A DNA stretch of 64,000 nt. Source: Acidobacteriota bacterium (GTDB lineage Bacteria; Acidobacteriota; UBA6911). The stretch is taken from positions 288,001-352,000 of the forward strand of contig OY761556.1 of assembly GCA_963664705.1 (NCBI GenBank), written 5' to 3'. The notes under the pieces were generated by a model. That model was not told the origin of the DNA. It saw nothing but the letters and a program-made list of their open reading frames with translations, and searched no databases. Below, one piece after another: positions 48,638 through 58,771 of this stretch. A program made the position numbers and the translations under genes. Position 1 is the stretch's first letter. Every line of letters begins with the position of its first letter.

Positions 48638-51600
48638 CACGCGATATCGAACAGCGACGCAGGGCAGTGGAGGATAGCGGACACTCCTTCATCGTGGAAG
48701 CTTCCGCGGGTACCGGAAAAACCAGTACACTGGTCAATCGTATCCTGCATCTGGTGCTTGAAAAAGGGCCGTCGGGACTTCCGATCAGTCTTTCCCGGAT
48801 CTGTGCCATTACATTCACGGAAAAGGCGGCCGGCGAAATGAAGCTGCGGCTCCGGCAGCAATTTGAGGAAATTGCCGGGAAATCAAGCTCTGAGGAGTCC
48901 AGAAGTCGGGCGCGCGAGGCTCTTCTTGAAGTTGAGATCGCTTCCATTTCTACCTTCCATTCATTTGCGGTGGCGTTGTTGAAGGAAAGGCCGATCGAAG
49001 CGGGCCTGGATCCTCACTTCACGGCGTTGGACGAGATTCGAAGCGAGCTCTTCTTTCGAGAGACATGGGAATCCTGGATCGGTCGCTGTCTTTCCGAGCG
49101 TACGCCGTTGCTGGAGCGATCATTGCGTGCGGGCATCGGCCTGGGAGCACTGCAAAATCTGGCTGCCACACTGAGGAAAAGCGGTCATGCCGTCCGTGCC
49201 CTGGACTGTGATTCTCCTCCCAGCGAGGCACAGTTGCAGGAGCGGTTCGCGGGGATGATTCAGCGCGGCCAGGCTTTCCTCAAACGGAACCTCGATGCAA
49301 AGGACCGATTGCTGGATTATCTGCAGGCATCGATGACATGGCTGCAAGACCCGGGCCCCGACTGTCCGAAGTTGTCCAAACCCGGGAATGCCGGATCCGC
49401 GAAAAACTGGGATGGAGGAAAGACCACGCTGGAGAGCGTGCAGGAATATGTACGGGAAGTTGTGGAGTTTTGCGATTCTTATCAGAAGCTGCCGGGGCAG
49501 CAGCTTTTGAGTGAACTCCTGAACTGGATCCGTCTTGAATTCATTCCGGAGTGGGAATACCGCAAGCGGACCGGTGGATTGCTCGATTTCGATGATCAAT
49601 TGTGGCTTGCGAGGGATCTGCTTCTACGCAGCAAAGCCGTGCGCAGCGAATTCCAGTCGCGATTTGCCACGCTCCTCGTTGACGAATTTCAGGATACCGA
49701 CTCCATTCAGTGGGACATCGTTCGCCTGCTTTCATCGGCCGATTTGGATGAGACCGACCCTGCCCGGATTGTGCCGGGTCCCGGGCGCCTCTTTATTGTC
49801 GGGGATCCAAAACAGTCCATCTACCGGTTCCGGAGTGCCGACATTGAGACGTACCTTGAAATTGCCGAACCGGCAGCCATGCTGGCATTGGGATTGGAAC
49901 GGCTTGAACTGACAACCAATTTCCGATCGGTTCCATCCATTCTTCGGTTTGTGGACAATGTCTTCTCCAATGTCATGCAGGCTCCCGCAGACGGTCGTTA
50001 TCAGCCGGACTATCTCCCATTTGGAGGGGAAGGGCATAGAAAAGAGGAATTGAATGCGCCCTCCGTTCATTTTCTTGGGGAGCAGGCGCGCGAGGGGGGG
50101 TATGGTAACGTTCGTGAATTCGCAGAGCATGAATCTTCGCGGATGGCTGCACTGATAGGACAAATTCCGGGATCGCCATCCTGGAAGGTTCAGGAAGGGA
50201 AGTCGGGCGGCTGGCGTACTCCCAGGTTCGGAGATATTGCCATACTGCTGCCTGTGCTTAGCCGTGCGGATGCGCTGGAAGACGCATTGCGCGACAGGGA
50301 AATCCCTTACGTACTCGAAGGGGGCAAGTTCTATTACCTTCGCAGCGAGGTTTCCTCTGCGATCACGATTCTCCGCGCGCTGGCAAATCCCAATGATGAT
50401 GTCGCGCTTTATGGCTCCCTGCGGTCCATATTTTTCGGACTCTCCGATGAGGATCTCCTGAAAGCCCGGATGGAAGGAGTGCGATTGGATTACCGGGCAA
50501 GTGTTCCCCCGGCTTCTGCTCTGGCATACCCATTCGAAGTGCTGCTCGATCTGCACCGAAACAGACATGAACGGCGGGCTTCGGAAACCCTGGAAATTCT
50601 GCTGCAAAGAACAGGGGCTCGTGAAGTCCTTGCCACGCGCGGATTCCAGTCCATTGCTAATCTGAACAAGCTGGCTCGCACGCTTCGTGCGCTTCAGGGA
50701 GACGCAACCTTTTCACAGGTTGTCGATCTGTTGAACACGATGGATGAAGAGGGTCTGGCTGAAAGCGAAAGCCGACTCATGGAGGAACGGAGCGATGCTG
50801 TTCGGATCCTTTCAATCCATAAATCCAAAGGCCTCGATTTTCCTATAGTCTTTGTCGGAGGGCTTGGTCTCGAGAAAAGGAATTCGACCAAAAACCTTCT
50901 GGCCGATCTCCATGGAAAAAAGGTATTTGCGCTGAGCCTCGGTTCCCAGAAATCCGGGTGGCAGACGCCTGGCTGGAGGTCGTTGGTTGAAGAGGATCGA
51001 AAAAGAGAGGACGCCGAACTTATACGCCTCCTCTATGTAGCTCTGACACGAGCTCGCGACCATATGGTAATTTCAACGCATACAAAAGACTGGAAACTGG
51101 CTCCCGGTGGACAATGGATTCCTGATACCAACAGCACGAGGCTCAAACCATTGGGCCCTATCATTGAAAGCCACCTCAGCCGGAATGATGGGCTGGTGCG
51201 CTGGATCGATGTGCACAAACTGGATATCTCGAAGAAGCCGCGCCAGTCCAGTTTCCTCACGGCAGCGCAGGATTGGAAGACAATCCTCGAGAGTGAATAT
51301 CAGGGCCTTCGGTCCATTATTCAAAATACGCCTCTGACGAAAAATCTTCAGGCGGCGGGACATGGCGATGGATTGACCGAACCGACAGATCGAGCGGCTG
51401 ATGACCGCGTTCCTGTCGCCACCGGAAGCCGAGCGGTTCGGTTGGGAGAGGCATTTCACGAAGCTATGGAGAGCGTTGATCTGCTTTCATCCGCAATTTC
51501 CGTAGATAAACTCCGGGAGTTCATCGCGCGATACAGCCTGGATCAGAAAAGTGCAGCCGGTCTTGAAGAGATGGTCCGGCTCACCCTGGGCTCGGACCTG

Positions 51601-51915
51601 CTGGGACGTGCGCGGATCAGCGTGCAGTCGGGCCGGAGGATTCTCCGCGAGCTTCCATTTGTTCGTCCGATTGACCAGGGTGGTGTGGAGGAAGGGAAGA
51701 TAGACCTGCTGTTTGAGGAAAAGGATGGATGGGTCCTGGTTGATTACAAAACCGACTGGATATCGGCACAAAAGGAAGAGGCGGAAGGCTACTTCCGAGG
51801 CAAGTATGACAGCCAGATTCGCGAGTATGTAAAGGCAATGCAGGCTCTGCCTGTGAATATATCCTCTGCCTACCTGCTGCTTGCCCGGACCGGCCAGTCG
51901 GTCCGCATGGTTTAG
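48634..51915 (+). CDS. addA: AddA/RexA UvrD-type helicase-nuclease
   Basis: ASAGTGKT, TFTEKAAGEM, VDEFQDT, VGDPKQSIYRFR, HKSKGLDF, YVALTRAR, GKIDL, DYKT. Confidence 0.9.
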   Translation: MTRDIEQRRRAVEDSGHSFIVEASAGTGKTSTLVNRILHLVLEKGPSGLPISLSRICAITFTEKAAGEMKLRLRQQFEEIAGKSSSEESRSRAREALLEVEIASISTFHSFAVALLKERPIEAGLDPHFTALDEIRSELFFRETWESWIGRCLSERTPLLERSLRAGIGLGALQNLAATLRKSGHAVRALDCDSPPSEAQLQERFAGMIQRGQAFLKRNLDAKDRLLDYLQASMTWLQDPGPDCPKLSKPGNAGSAKNWDGGKTTLESVQEYVREVVEFCDSYQKLPGQQLLSELLNWIRLEFIPEWEYRKRTGGLLDFDDQLWLARDLLLRSKAVRSEFQSRFATLLVDEFQDTDSIQWDIVRLLSSADLDETDPARIVPGPGRLFIVGDPKQSIYRFRSADIETYLEIAEPAAMLALGLERLELTTNFRSVPSILRFVDNVFSNVMQAPADGRYQPDYLPFGGEGHRKEELNAPSVHFLGEQAREGGYGNVREFAEHESSRMAALIGQIPGSPSWKVQEGKSGGWRTPRFGDIAILLPVLSRADALEDALRDREIPYVLEGGKFYYLRSEVSSAITILRALANPNDDVALYGSLRSIFFGLSDEDLLKARMEGVRLDYRASVPPASALAYPFEVLLDLHRNRHERRASETLEILLQRTGAREVLATRGFQSIANLNKLARTLRALQGDATFSQVVDLLNTMDEEGLAESESRLMEERSDAVRILSIHKSKGLDFPIVFVGGLGLEKRNSTKNLLADLHGKKVFALSLGSQKSGWQTPGWRSLVEEDRKREDAELIRLLYVALTRARDHMVISTHTKDWKLAPGGQWIPDTNSTRLKPLGPIIESHLSRNDGLVRWIDVHKLDISKKPRQSSFLTAAQDWKTILESEYQGLRSIIQNTPLTKNLQAAGHGDGLTEPTDRAADDRVPVATGSRAVRLGEAFHEAMESVDLLSSAISVDKLREFIARYSLDQKSAAGLEEMVRLTLGSDLLGRARISVQSGRRILRELPFVRPIDQGGVEEGKIDLLFEEKDGWVLVDYKTDWISAQKEEAEGYFRGKYDSQIREYVKAMQALPVNISSAYLLLARTGQSVRMV

Positions 51916-51928
51916 CCGGGGACGGCCC

Positions 51929-51964
51929 GCCGGGGGAGCGCCGGCGAGACGCCAGCGCTCCCGG
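51929..51964. repeat. GC-rich REP-like hairpin, copy B
   Basis: GGGAGCGC-C-GGCG-AGA-CGCC-A-GCGCTCCC between convergent genes. Confidence 0.55.
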
Positions 51965-51974
51965 TGGACTGATT

Positions 51975-53108
51975 TTATGCCAGGAGATTCTGGGCGCGGA
52001 TCAAGCGATCCTGAACGCGTACGCCATTCGGACATTGAATGGCGCAGGAAGAACAATCGCTGCAATGCACTTTGCGAATACCTTCCGGCAGGCGTGTGAA
52101 ATAGTCCTTCGCCTGATGAAAGTTGCCCCCGAAGTCATGGTATGCCAGATAGCGCAGCTCATCGGTGACGGGCACACCGTTGGGACATTTCCCTTTGCAC
52201 TCATAGCACATGCGGCAATAGCGCGAGCGGATATCCTCATTTCGCGCATACAGCATTTTCTCATCTTTGAGCGTATAGGGTTCCGTCATGGCGCGGAAGT
52301 TCATTTCAAGTTCGGCTACGTTTTTGGCAAAGGGAACGGTGGTTGAAATGTCCGGGTTCATCAAAACCCATTTGACCGCGGCCAGCGGTCCCTCATCCTT
52401 CAGCCGAAACTCCTTGGGCGGAATAAAACCGGCGACTGCGAGGACCACTTTCATTGCGACCACGCCGATGCCCGCGTCATGCAGTTTGCGGATGGAGGCA
52501 TTGCGCAGAGGCGAACCAATCGGATAGCTGTAGGTGGTCTGCACGACATCAAATTTTCCGATAGAGATAATTTTATCGACGACTGCATTTATGTCGTGCG
52601 CACTCACGCCAATGAAGCGGGTCTTCCCTTGTTTTTTGAGTGTCTCCAATGCTTCAACCGCTTCGTCGGTTATCGTCTCCGGCGTGTCTCTGGAGTGCAG
52701 ATGCCAGATGTCGAGATGGTCGGTTTGAAGCGCTTTCAGGCTGTCGTTCATGTCCTTGAAGACGTCCGCTTTGGTCAGGGCATCGGTTTTGCTGGCGAGA
52801 ACGATCTTATTTCTTTTGCCTTTGAATGTGACTCCGGCGACTTCCTCGCTTTTGCCTTTATCGTACATGCGGGCAGTATCAAAGTAGTTGACGCCCAGCT
52901 CGACGGCGCGAACCAGCACGGCCGGATCAGGGCCTAATCCGATGCCGCAACCCACACCGGACACTTTCAGGCCGGTCTTGCCCAGCAGTCGATACCCGTC
53001 ACCCGCGGGTAGTGGGTTTGTCATTTCAAAAGGATTGGGTATTACGCTTCCCACCGCAGGCAGCATCAGCCCGGCCTGCAGAAATTCTCTTCTCGATTTG
53101 AACTCCAC
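51975..53108 (-). CDS. Aldo/keto reductase with C-terminal Fe-S cluster and Tat-like leader
   Basis: GTG start behind AAGGAGG; SRREFL; YFDTARMY, ASK, HLH; CRMCYECKGKCP and CSDCSSCAIQCP. Confidence 0.88.
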   Translation of the reverse strand: MEFKSRREFLQAGLMLPAVGSVIPNPFEMTNPLPAGDGYRLLGKTGLKVSGVGCGIGLGPDPAVLVRAVELGVNYFDTARMYDKGKSEEVAGVTFKGKRNKIVLASKTDALTKADVFKDMNDSLKALQTDHLDIWHLHSRDTPETITDEAVEALETLKKQGKTRFIGVSAHDINAVVDKIISIGKFDVVQTTYSYPIGSPLRNASIRKLHDAGIGVVAMKVVLAVAGFIPPKEFRLKDEGPLAAVKWVLMNPDISTTVPFAKNVAELEMNFRAMTEPYTLKDEKMLYARNEDIRSRYCRMCYECKGKCPNGVPVTDELRYLAYHDFGGNFHQAKDYFTRLPEGIRKVHCSDCSSCAIQCPNGVRVQDRLIRAQNLLA

Positions 53109-53204
53109 AAAGCCTCCTTTAAAAGAGCAGCGGGTTTCCAAGTCTCTCGATTTGTGAAAAGACTCAAAAACCCGCTGTCATACGGTTGCTTGCAATGAAT
53201 AGGG

Positions 53205-53882
53205 CTATTTGATTTTCTGCGTGCCGCGAAATTCCCTGTATCCGCCGGTCTGGTAAACGCCGTTGAAGTAGGGGGACAATTCCAGCGCCGTGAAGAACAG
53301 TGGTTTGCCGACTCTCTTGATGTCGCAGGGGTTATGTTCGGTGCCTGCGGGAATATAGAGAACGGTGGCTTGAGTGATCACGTGCCGTTCATACTCTTTG
53401 CCCATGAAGTACTCAATCTCCGCGTCAAAAGAGCCTACGAGATCCGGAAATGTTGCACCCAGGAAGAAGAGATATTCGTCGGTATCATGATGATGGGACT
53501 CTAGTTCCAGTTTGTATGGCTTCACAAATATCTGCCAGCCCATGTTGATCTTGGCGCCCGGGAGGTCGCTGTCGCCCCGGAAATAGGCCTGGGGGCCTGG
53601 AACGATATCCGGTACCAGCGAGTTTTCTTTCAGCTTGTTGCTGAACAGGTGGTCATAGATATGTCCGTCTGTGCCCTTGGGCCATGGTGGCGGGTTCTTG
53701 AAAAATGGGGATGCAGCCTGTTTGGCTGCGGCGCCAGTCTTGGCTTCCTGGGCTTGCGCGATTGCGGGAGCGGCCAGTTGTGTTAACGCGGCTGCAAGCG
53801 CAACTCCCGTGGCGCCTGTGCCAAGTTCCTGAAAGAATGCCCTTCTGGACGGATTCTTTTCGTTGTCATTATTGGAGCTCAT
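53205..53882 (-). CDS. Tat-exported cupin-fold protein
   Basis: SRRAFF leader with AQA cleavage site; HHHDTDEYLFF and YIPAGTEHNP cupin motifs. Confidence 0.78.
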   Translation of the reverse strand: MSSNNDNEKNPSRRAFFQELGTGATGVALAAALTQLAAPAIAQAQEAKTGAAAKQAASPFFKNPPPWPKGTDGHIYDHLFSNKLKENSLVPDIVPGPQAYFRGDSDLPGAKINMGWQIFVKPYKLELESHHHDTDEYLFFLGATFPDLVGSFDAEIEYFMGKEYERHVITQATVLYIPAGTEHNPCDIKRVGKPLFFTALELSPYFNGVYQTGGYREFRGTQKIK

Positions 53883-54316
53883 CAAGGTCTCCTCTCGGAA
53901 GAAATGTTAGGCCCATTGAATCAGGTCCCTCGCTCATTGATTGCCAGATCGCTGCCGGCTTGCTAAGGCTGTATCGTTCCAACAGGCTTCCATTCAGAGT
54001 ATTGAACGATTTGGACATTGAGTCCTGTATATATAAGGTTGAAGTTCTACAGGTGAGACTATAGTAGGTTGGGTGTTCCTGTTGTCAAGCGATTTCCATT
54101 TTGAGGTCTTCCTGTCAGGGCTGTTCCTCGCTCGGTTTGAATGGTGTTTGGGAGTTGGCAGTGCGAGGGATCGATGGTTTTCACCCGACGGCAGGCTGCT
54201 CAAAGTTTACGGGCATCACAATCAGATTGAAATTATTGTTGACCGCGTATGCCCGGAACCGTAAAATTTACCGTTTTTGCGGTATTAAGCACTCATTAAA
54301 AAGGGGGAAGGTTCCG

Positions 54317-54496
54317 ATGGCAGAAAAAATTTCCAAAACAGCGCGAGCGAGTCTTGGTGATAAGGGCGAAACGCATGCACATAAGTGCCCGCAGTGCGGC
54401 GCTGCGATGGTGGCCACCAAGGTTGTCAAATATCGCGACATACCTGGCGGGATGTTCTGGATCTGTCCGAAAGACGATAGCCGCGTCAAGATCTAA
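54317..54496 (+). CDS. Small zinc-ribbon-like protein (59 aa)
   Basis: RBS AAGGGGGAAGG; HKCPQCG...FWICPKD; followed by a hairpin. Confidence 0.7.
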   Translation: MAEKISKTARASLGDKGETHAHKCPQCGAAMVATKVVKYRDIPGGMFWICPKDDSRVKI

Positions 54497-54536
54497 CCAG
54501 CCAAATCTCCTCCAAGATTGATTCTCCTAACAGCAA

Positions 54537-54564
54537 CGCCCCTATTTCTGTGAAGATAGGGGCG
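54537..54564. terminator. Terminator hairpin between convergent genes
   Basis: CGCCCCTAT / ATAGGGGCG. Confidence 0.6.
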
Positions 54565-54600
54565 AGCGTGTTTGTTTTGCTTCGGCCGATCGACCGCTTT

Positions 54601-55812
54601 CTATAAAAGCATGCCGGCGATGCATGCGGAGAGGAAGTTTGCCAGCGTCCCGGCTGCTACGGCGCGAAATCCCAGCAGCGCGAGCTCATGTTTCCTTTCC
54701 GGTGCCAGTGCCCCAATCCCTCCGATTTGGATGGCGATCGAGCTCAGGTTGGCAAACCCGCAGAGCGCGAAGGTTGCGATGGTAAATGACCTGGGATCCA
54801 ACGATGCCTTTAGCGGGCCCAGTTGACTGTAGGCGATCAGTTCATTGAGCACGAGACGAGTCCCCAGCAGATTGCCAATGGCGAAACTATCCTTCCATGG
54901 CACGCCCATCAGCCACGCCAACGGGGCGGCAATTCGTCCGAAAACCCATTGCATGCTCAGATGCTCGCCGCCGCCGACTGGAATCAGGCCCAGGATGGCG
55001 TTGATCAGGGCAATGAGGGCGAGAAATGAAATCAGCATGGCGCCTACATTCAATGCCAGGTGAAATCCATCGCCTGTTCCCCGCGCCGCCGCGTCAATCA
55101 CGTTGACATCGGTTCTCTCAATCTTGAGGCTGACTTTGCCCGCGGTTTTCGGGACTTCGGTTTCCGGGACGAACATCTTGGCCATCATGATGGTGCCAGG
55201 GGCAGTCATGATTACCGCTGTCAGCAGATGCTTGGCTTCAATGCCAAACGCCAGGTAGGCGGCCATGATACCGCCGGAAATGTGTGCCATTCCGCTGGTC
55301 ATGACCGTCATCAGTTCGGATCGCGTCATGGTTGAGAGAAATGGCCTGATGGTCAACGGGGCTTCTGTCTGCCCCATAAAAATGCTGGCGGCCACATTCA
55401 GGGATTCTGCGCCGCTGGCGCCCATCACCTTTGTCATGACCTTGGCAAACGCCAGCACAAACATTTGCATGACTCCCAGGTAATAGAGGATCGCGAAAAG
55501 AGCGGCAATGAAAATAATGGTGGGGAGGACCTGGAAAGCAAATGTGGCGATCGTATTTCCGGGTGTCCCCAATTCGCCGAAGACAAAAGAAGACCCCACC
55601 TTCGCAAATCCCAGAAGTTTGGTGATCTTGGACCCGATCCAGGCAAAAGTCGCTTGGCCTGCCGCAGTCTTCAATACCAGCAGGGCAAAAGCGAACTGTA
55701 GCCCTAGTCCCCAGGCTACCGTGGCGAGCCGTATCTGTTTACGGCTGGTTGAAAACACATATGCAATTCCGAGAATTACGAGAATTCCCAATATTCCGGT
55801 TAGTCGGCCCAT
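54601..55812 (-). CDS. nupC: CNT-family nucleoside transporter
   Basis: FAFQVLPTIIF, SIFMGQTEAPL, NELIAY, LCGFANLSSIAIQIGG. Confidence 0.93.
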   Translation of the reverse strand: MGRLTGILGILVILGIAYVFSTSRKQIRLATVAWGLGLQFAFALLVLKTAAGQATFAWIGSKITKLLGFAKVGSSFVFGELGTPGNTIATFAFQVLPTIIFIAALFAILYYLGVMQMFVLAFAKVMTKVMGASGAESLNVAASIFMGQTEAPLTIRPFLSTMTRSELMTVMTSGMAHISGGIMAAYLAFGIEAKHLLTAVIMTAPGTIMMAKMFVPETEVPKTAGKVSLKIERTDVNVIDAAARGTGDGFHLALNVGAMLISFLALIALINAILGLIPVGGGEHLSMQWVFGRIAAPLAWLMGVPWKDSFAIGNLLGTRLVLNELIAYSQLGPLKASLDPRSFTIATFALCGFANLSSIAIQIGGIGALAPERKHELALLGFRAVAAGTLANFLSACIAGMLL

Positions 55813-55921
55813 GGCTGCTCCGAGTCAATTCGAGGTTTGATGTTCATGCAATTCGATTGAAACCCGAGATTATAGACTATGGCTATGATCCGCAAACCCA
55901 AATTGTTATATTTTCTCTGCA

Positions 55922-56881
55922 ATGAATAAATCCGAAGCCGAGCCACAAATCCGGGAGCCGGGAGCTGCCTACAACAGCTATGGCCGATTTCTTCGGGATA
56001 CCTTTGGCTGCCGGGTCTATAAGGTCAGTGTTGATGCGGGATTTACGTGTCCCAATCGGGACGGTACGGTGGCAGTCGGAGGCTGTACCTACTGCAATAA
56101 CGACTCCTTTCGTCCCAAGAGTGCAGATCGTCTCAAGTCAATTTCACAGCAGGTGAGCGAAGGGATCGGGTATCTCCGCACGAGATACTCGGCGGAAAAA
56201 TTCATTGTGTACTTCCAGCCCTACAGTAATACACATGCCCCGCTGGAGGTCCTGATCCCTCTTTACGAGGCTGCCCTCGATCAGCCGGATGTGATCGGGC
56301 TCTCCTTGGGGACGCGGCCGGATTGTATGGATGATGCCAAACTGGAATGGCTGGAAAAACTGGCATCCCGGTATTTTGTGACTGTGGAATACGGCTTGCA
56401 GTCGATATACGATTCCACGCTTGCCCGCATCAATAGAGGTCATACATTCCAGTGCTGGCTGGATGCGATGCGGAATACACGCGATCGCGGAATCCGGCTG
56501 GGGACTCACCTGATCCTGGGATTCCCCTGGGAAACCAGAGATGAAATTCTGCATATGGCCGATGTCCTTGCAGGCAAAGGACTCGACTTCTTGAAGCTCC
56601 ATCACTTCCATATAGTTCGGAATACCGAAATGGCCAGGCTTTACGAGGAGAGGCCATTTCCATTGCTTCCGCTGGAGGACTATGCCGAACTGGTGGTGAA
56701 TTTTGTTGGACGCCTGAGCCCTGAGATTCGCATAGAGCGGCTTTTCGGGGCCGCTCCTGCGTCACAACTGATCGGACCTCTGTGGGGAAAAAGCCCTGCT
56801 GAGATTCGCCACTGTATCGATCGCCGGTTTGTCGATAAAAATATCTGGCAAGGGAAGATACTTCAAACATCCGGATCCTGA
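55922..56881 (+). CDS. Radical SAM protein, TIGR01212 (YhcC/YtqA) family
   Basis: DAGFTCPNRDG...GGCTYC, YFQPYSNT, TRPDC, EYGLQS. Confidence 0.92.
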   Translation: MNKSEAEPQIREPGAAYNSYGRFLRDTFGCRVYKVSVDAGFTCPNRDGTVAVGGCTYCNNDSFRPKSADRLKSISQQVSEGIGYLRTRYSAEKFIVYFQPYSNTHAPLEVLIPLYEAALDQPDVIGLSLGTRPDCMDDAKLEWLEKLASRYFVTVEYGLQSIYDSTLARINRGHTFQCWLDAMRNTRDRGIRLGTHLILGFPWETRDEILHMADVLAGKGLDFLKLHHFHIVRNTEMARLYEERPFPLLPLEDYAELVVNFVGRLSPEIRIERLFGAAPASQLIGPLWGKSPAEIRHCIDRRFVDKNIWQGKILQTSGS

Positions 56882-56895
56882 CCGGGGACACGCTC

Positions 56896-58452
56896 CTAGT
56901 GGCTGATGTAATAGGCCCGGATCCACTGGTCCAGCGTGGCTCGCGGGTTGCGAATTACCTCCGGCGTGATATCGAACTGCTGGACTCCCTGAGTCCGACG
57001 AATCAGATTCAGCCCGTGTTCATAATCCCGAAAAACCTCCTCAAACACGATCTCCGGCTTTTCATCGCTCTCGACTGCCTTTTGGCTGAGAAGCCGGGCT
57101 GCTTCCGGCTGCAACTGAATCTGTATTCCATTGCGCTTGGACCATTCCTCCGCAATGGTGATAAAGGCCGTGTCCATCTGTTCCAACTCAAGCCCCTTCG
57201 CCTGCTGCAGAATCTCCTTCAGAACCTCATCCGGCGTGTCGACCAGTCGCTCGCTTAGTTCAAGCTTCCTAATTGGGGAATGCGGAAGATTGTATTTGTA
57301 TTCCCGGAAGGTCCTCTCGCATACCCCCACCAGGCTTCGAGCGCCAGTATGCTCTTCGTAGGCCTTCTGCGCGATCCTGTGCAAACCGGGATCGCTGGGG
57401 ACAAGGTCAATACCATACGCATCAAAAGCATTGACATACTGACGCATGATCGATCCTTCAGAATTCCTGAGAATCTGAAACAGATCGTCAACATTCAGTT
57501 CATGGCAACTGACAACAACCGGCAGCCGGCCCACAAATTCGGATTCAAAGCCGTATTCAATGAAGTCGTTGCTCTTGGCATATTGGAAAAAATCTTCCTC
57601 ACGCGGAACCGAACGGCCTGCGGAATGAAACCCGATCGATTTGGCTCCCATCCGTTTTCGAATGATATCGGCCAGCCCGTTGAATGCACCGCTGACAATA
57701 AACAGGATGTGCCGCGTGTTTATCTGAGACTTGGAGACTTTGCCTTTCGATTGAAACTCCATGGCAGCCTGGAGTTGGGATGTGAGATCGAATGGCGTGC
57801 GGAGACTGACTTCCGTCTCTTCCATAAGCTTCAAGAGGCCCCGCTGAACACCGCCTCCGCTGACATCCCGCCCCATGATATTCATCGGGGTTGCGATTTT
57901 GTCTATTTCATCAAGGTAAATGATTCCATATTCTGCCAGCTTGATATTCCCATCCGCTTTGTGAACCAATTCCCGTACCAGATCCTCGACATCTCCTCCG
58001 ACATATCCCGTTTCCGAGAATTTGGTCGCATCCGCCTTAACAAATGGAACGCCGATCAGATCGGCAATCGTGCGAACAAGGTACGTTTTGCCAACGCCCG
58101 TAGGGCCGAGCATGATGATGTTCTGTTTGGCATATTCCTTACAGGGCCCTTTGACCGAACAACGCTTGATATGATTGTAGTGATCGCAAATGGCTGTAGC
58201 CAAGACCTTCTTGGCAGCGTCCTGCTTTACAACAAATCGATCGAGATATCGCTTGATGTCCCGAGGCAAGTAATCAAAGGGAAGGTCCAACGGAGCCTCC
58301 TGGACTTCAGTTCCATCGTCGGCAGTCCGCGCCTGATCCGGTTCTGCACTCAACATTCCAAGTTTCACCTGGTCCCCATATTTCTTGGAGAAAAACTCCT
58401 CCATATCTTTTCGTAACTCGTCTGGATTAGGCCACTTTGTGCCAGATTGCAT
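56896..58452 (-). CDS. Atypical ClpX-like AAA+ ATPase
   Basis: GPTGVGKT, ETGYVG, LDEIDK, RDVSG, IGF loop, EFVGRLP, TGARSL; no N-terminal C4 zinc domain; C-terminal extension. Confidence 0.88.
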   Translation of the reverse strand: MQSGTKWPNPDELRKDMEEFFSKKYGDQVKLGMLSAEPDQARTADDGTEVQEAPLDLPFDYLPRDIKRYLDRFVVKQDAAKKVLATAICDHYNHIKRCSVKGPCKEYAKQNIIMLGPTGVGKTYLVRTIADLIGVPFVKADATKFSETGYVGGDVEDLVRELVHKADGNIKLAEYGIIYLDEIDKIATPMNIMGRDVSGGGVQRGLLKLMEETEVSLRTPFDLTSQLQAAMEFQSKGKVSKSQINTRHILFIVSGAFNGLADIIRKRMGAKSIGFHSAGRSVPREEDFFQYAKSNDFIEYGFESEFVGRLPVVVSCHELNVDDLFQILRNSEGSIMRQYVNAFDAYGIDLVPSDPGLHRIAQKAYEEHTGARSLVGVCERTFREYKYNLPHSPIRKLELSERLVDTPDEVLKEILQQAKGLELEQMDTAFITIAEEWSKRNGIQIQLQPEAARLLSQKAVESDEKPEIVFEEVFRDYEHGLNLIRRTQGVQQFDITPEVIRNPRATLDQWIRAYYISH

Positions 58453-58771
58453 AAAACAATTCCTTCCGATCGCACCTGCCGCTTCAAGCGATCCTTGACA
58501 TGAAGTATGCGTATTAAGATCCCAAAAATCAATTTGCAACAAAGGTGGGGCGGTCCAAACGTCTCCTGTTCACAAGCACTTGGCCCGAAATAGGTGCATT
58601 GAGAGGCCTTAAATGCTTTTGGGAGGGGCTTCTTTTAGGATTCCAGGTGGAATTTTTAATGAGAGGAAGCAGCGGCTGAACCCGATTTTTGTTGCTCCGC
58701 ACCTTGAGAAACCGGGAGCATCGTTTTTTTAATAAAACGATGATAAAAATTGGTTTACGGCAGCCCTGCTC

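Noticed and set aside
45362-51915. Cas4/CRISPR-associated or novel defence nuclease-helicase
   Set aside because: The Fe-S PD-(D/E)XK domain and UvrD partner match ordinary AddAB recombination machinery.
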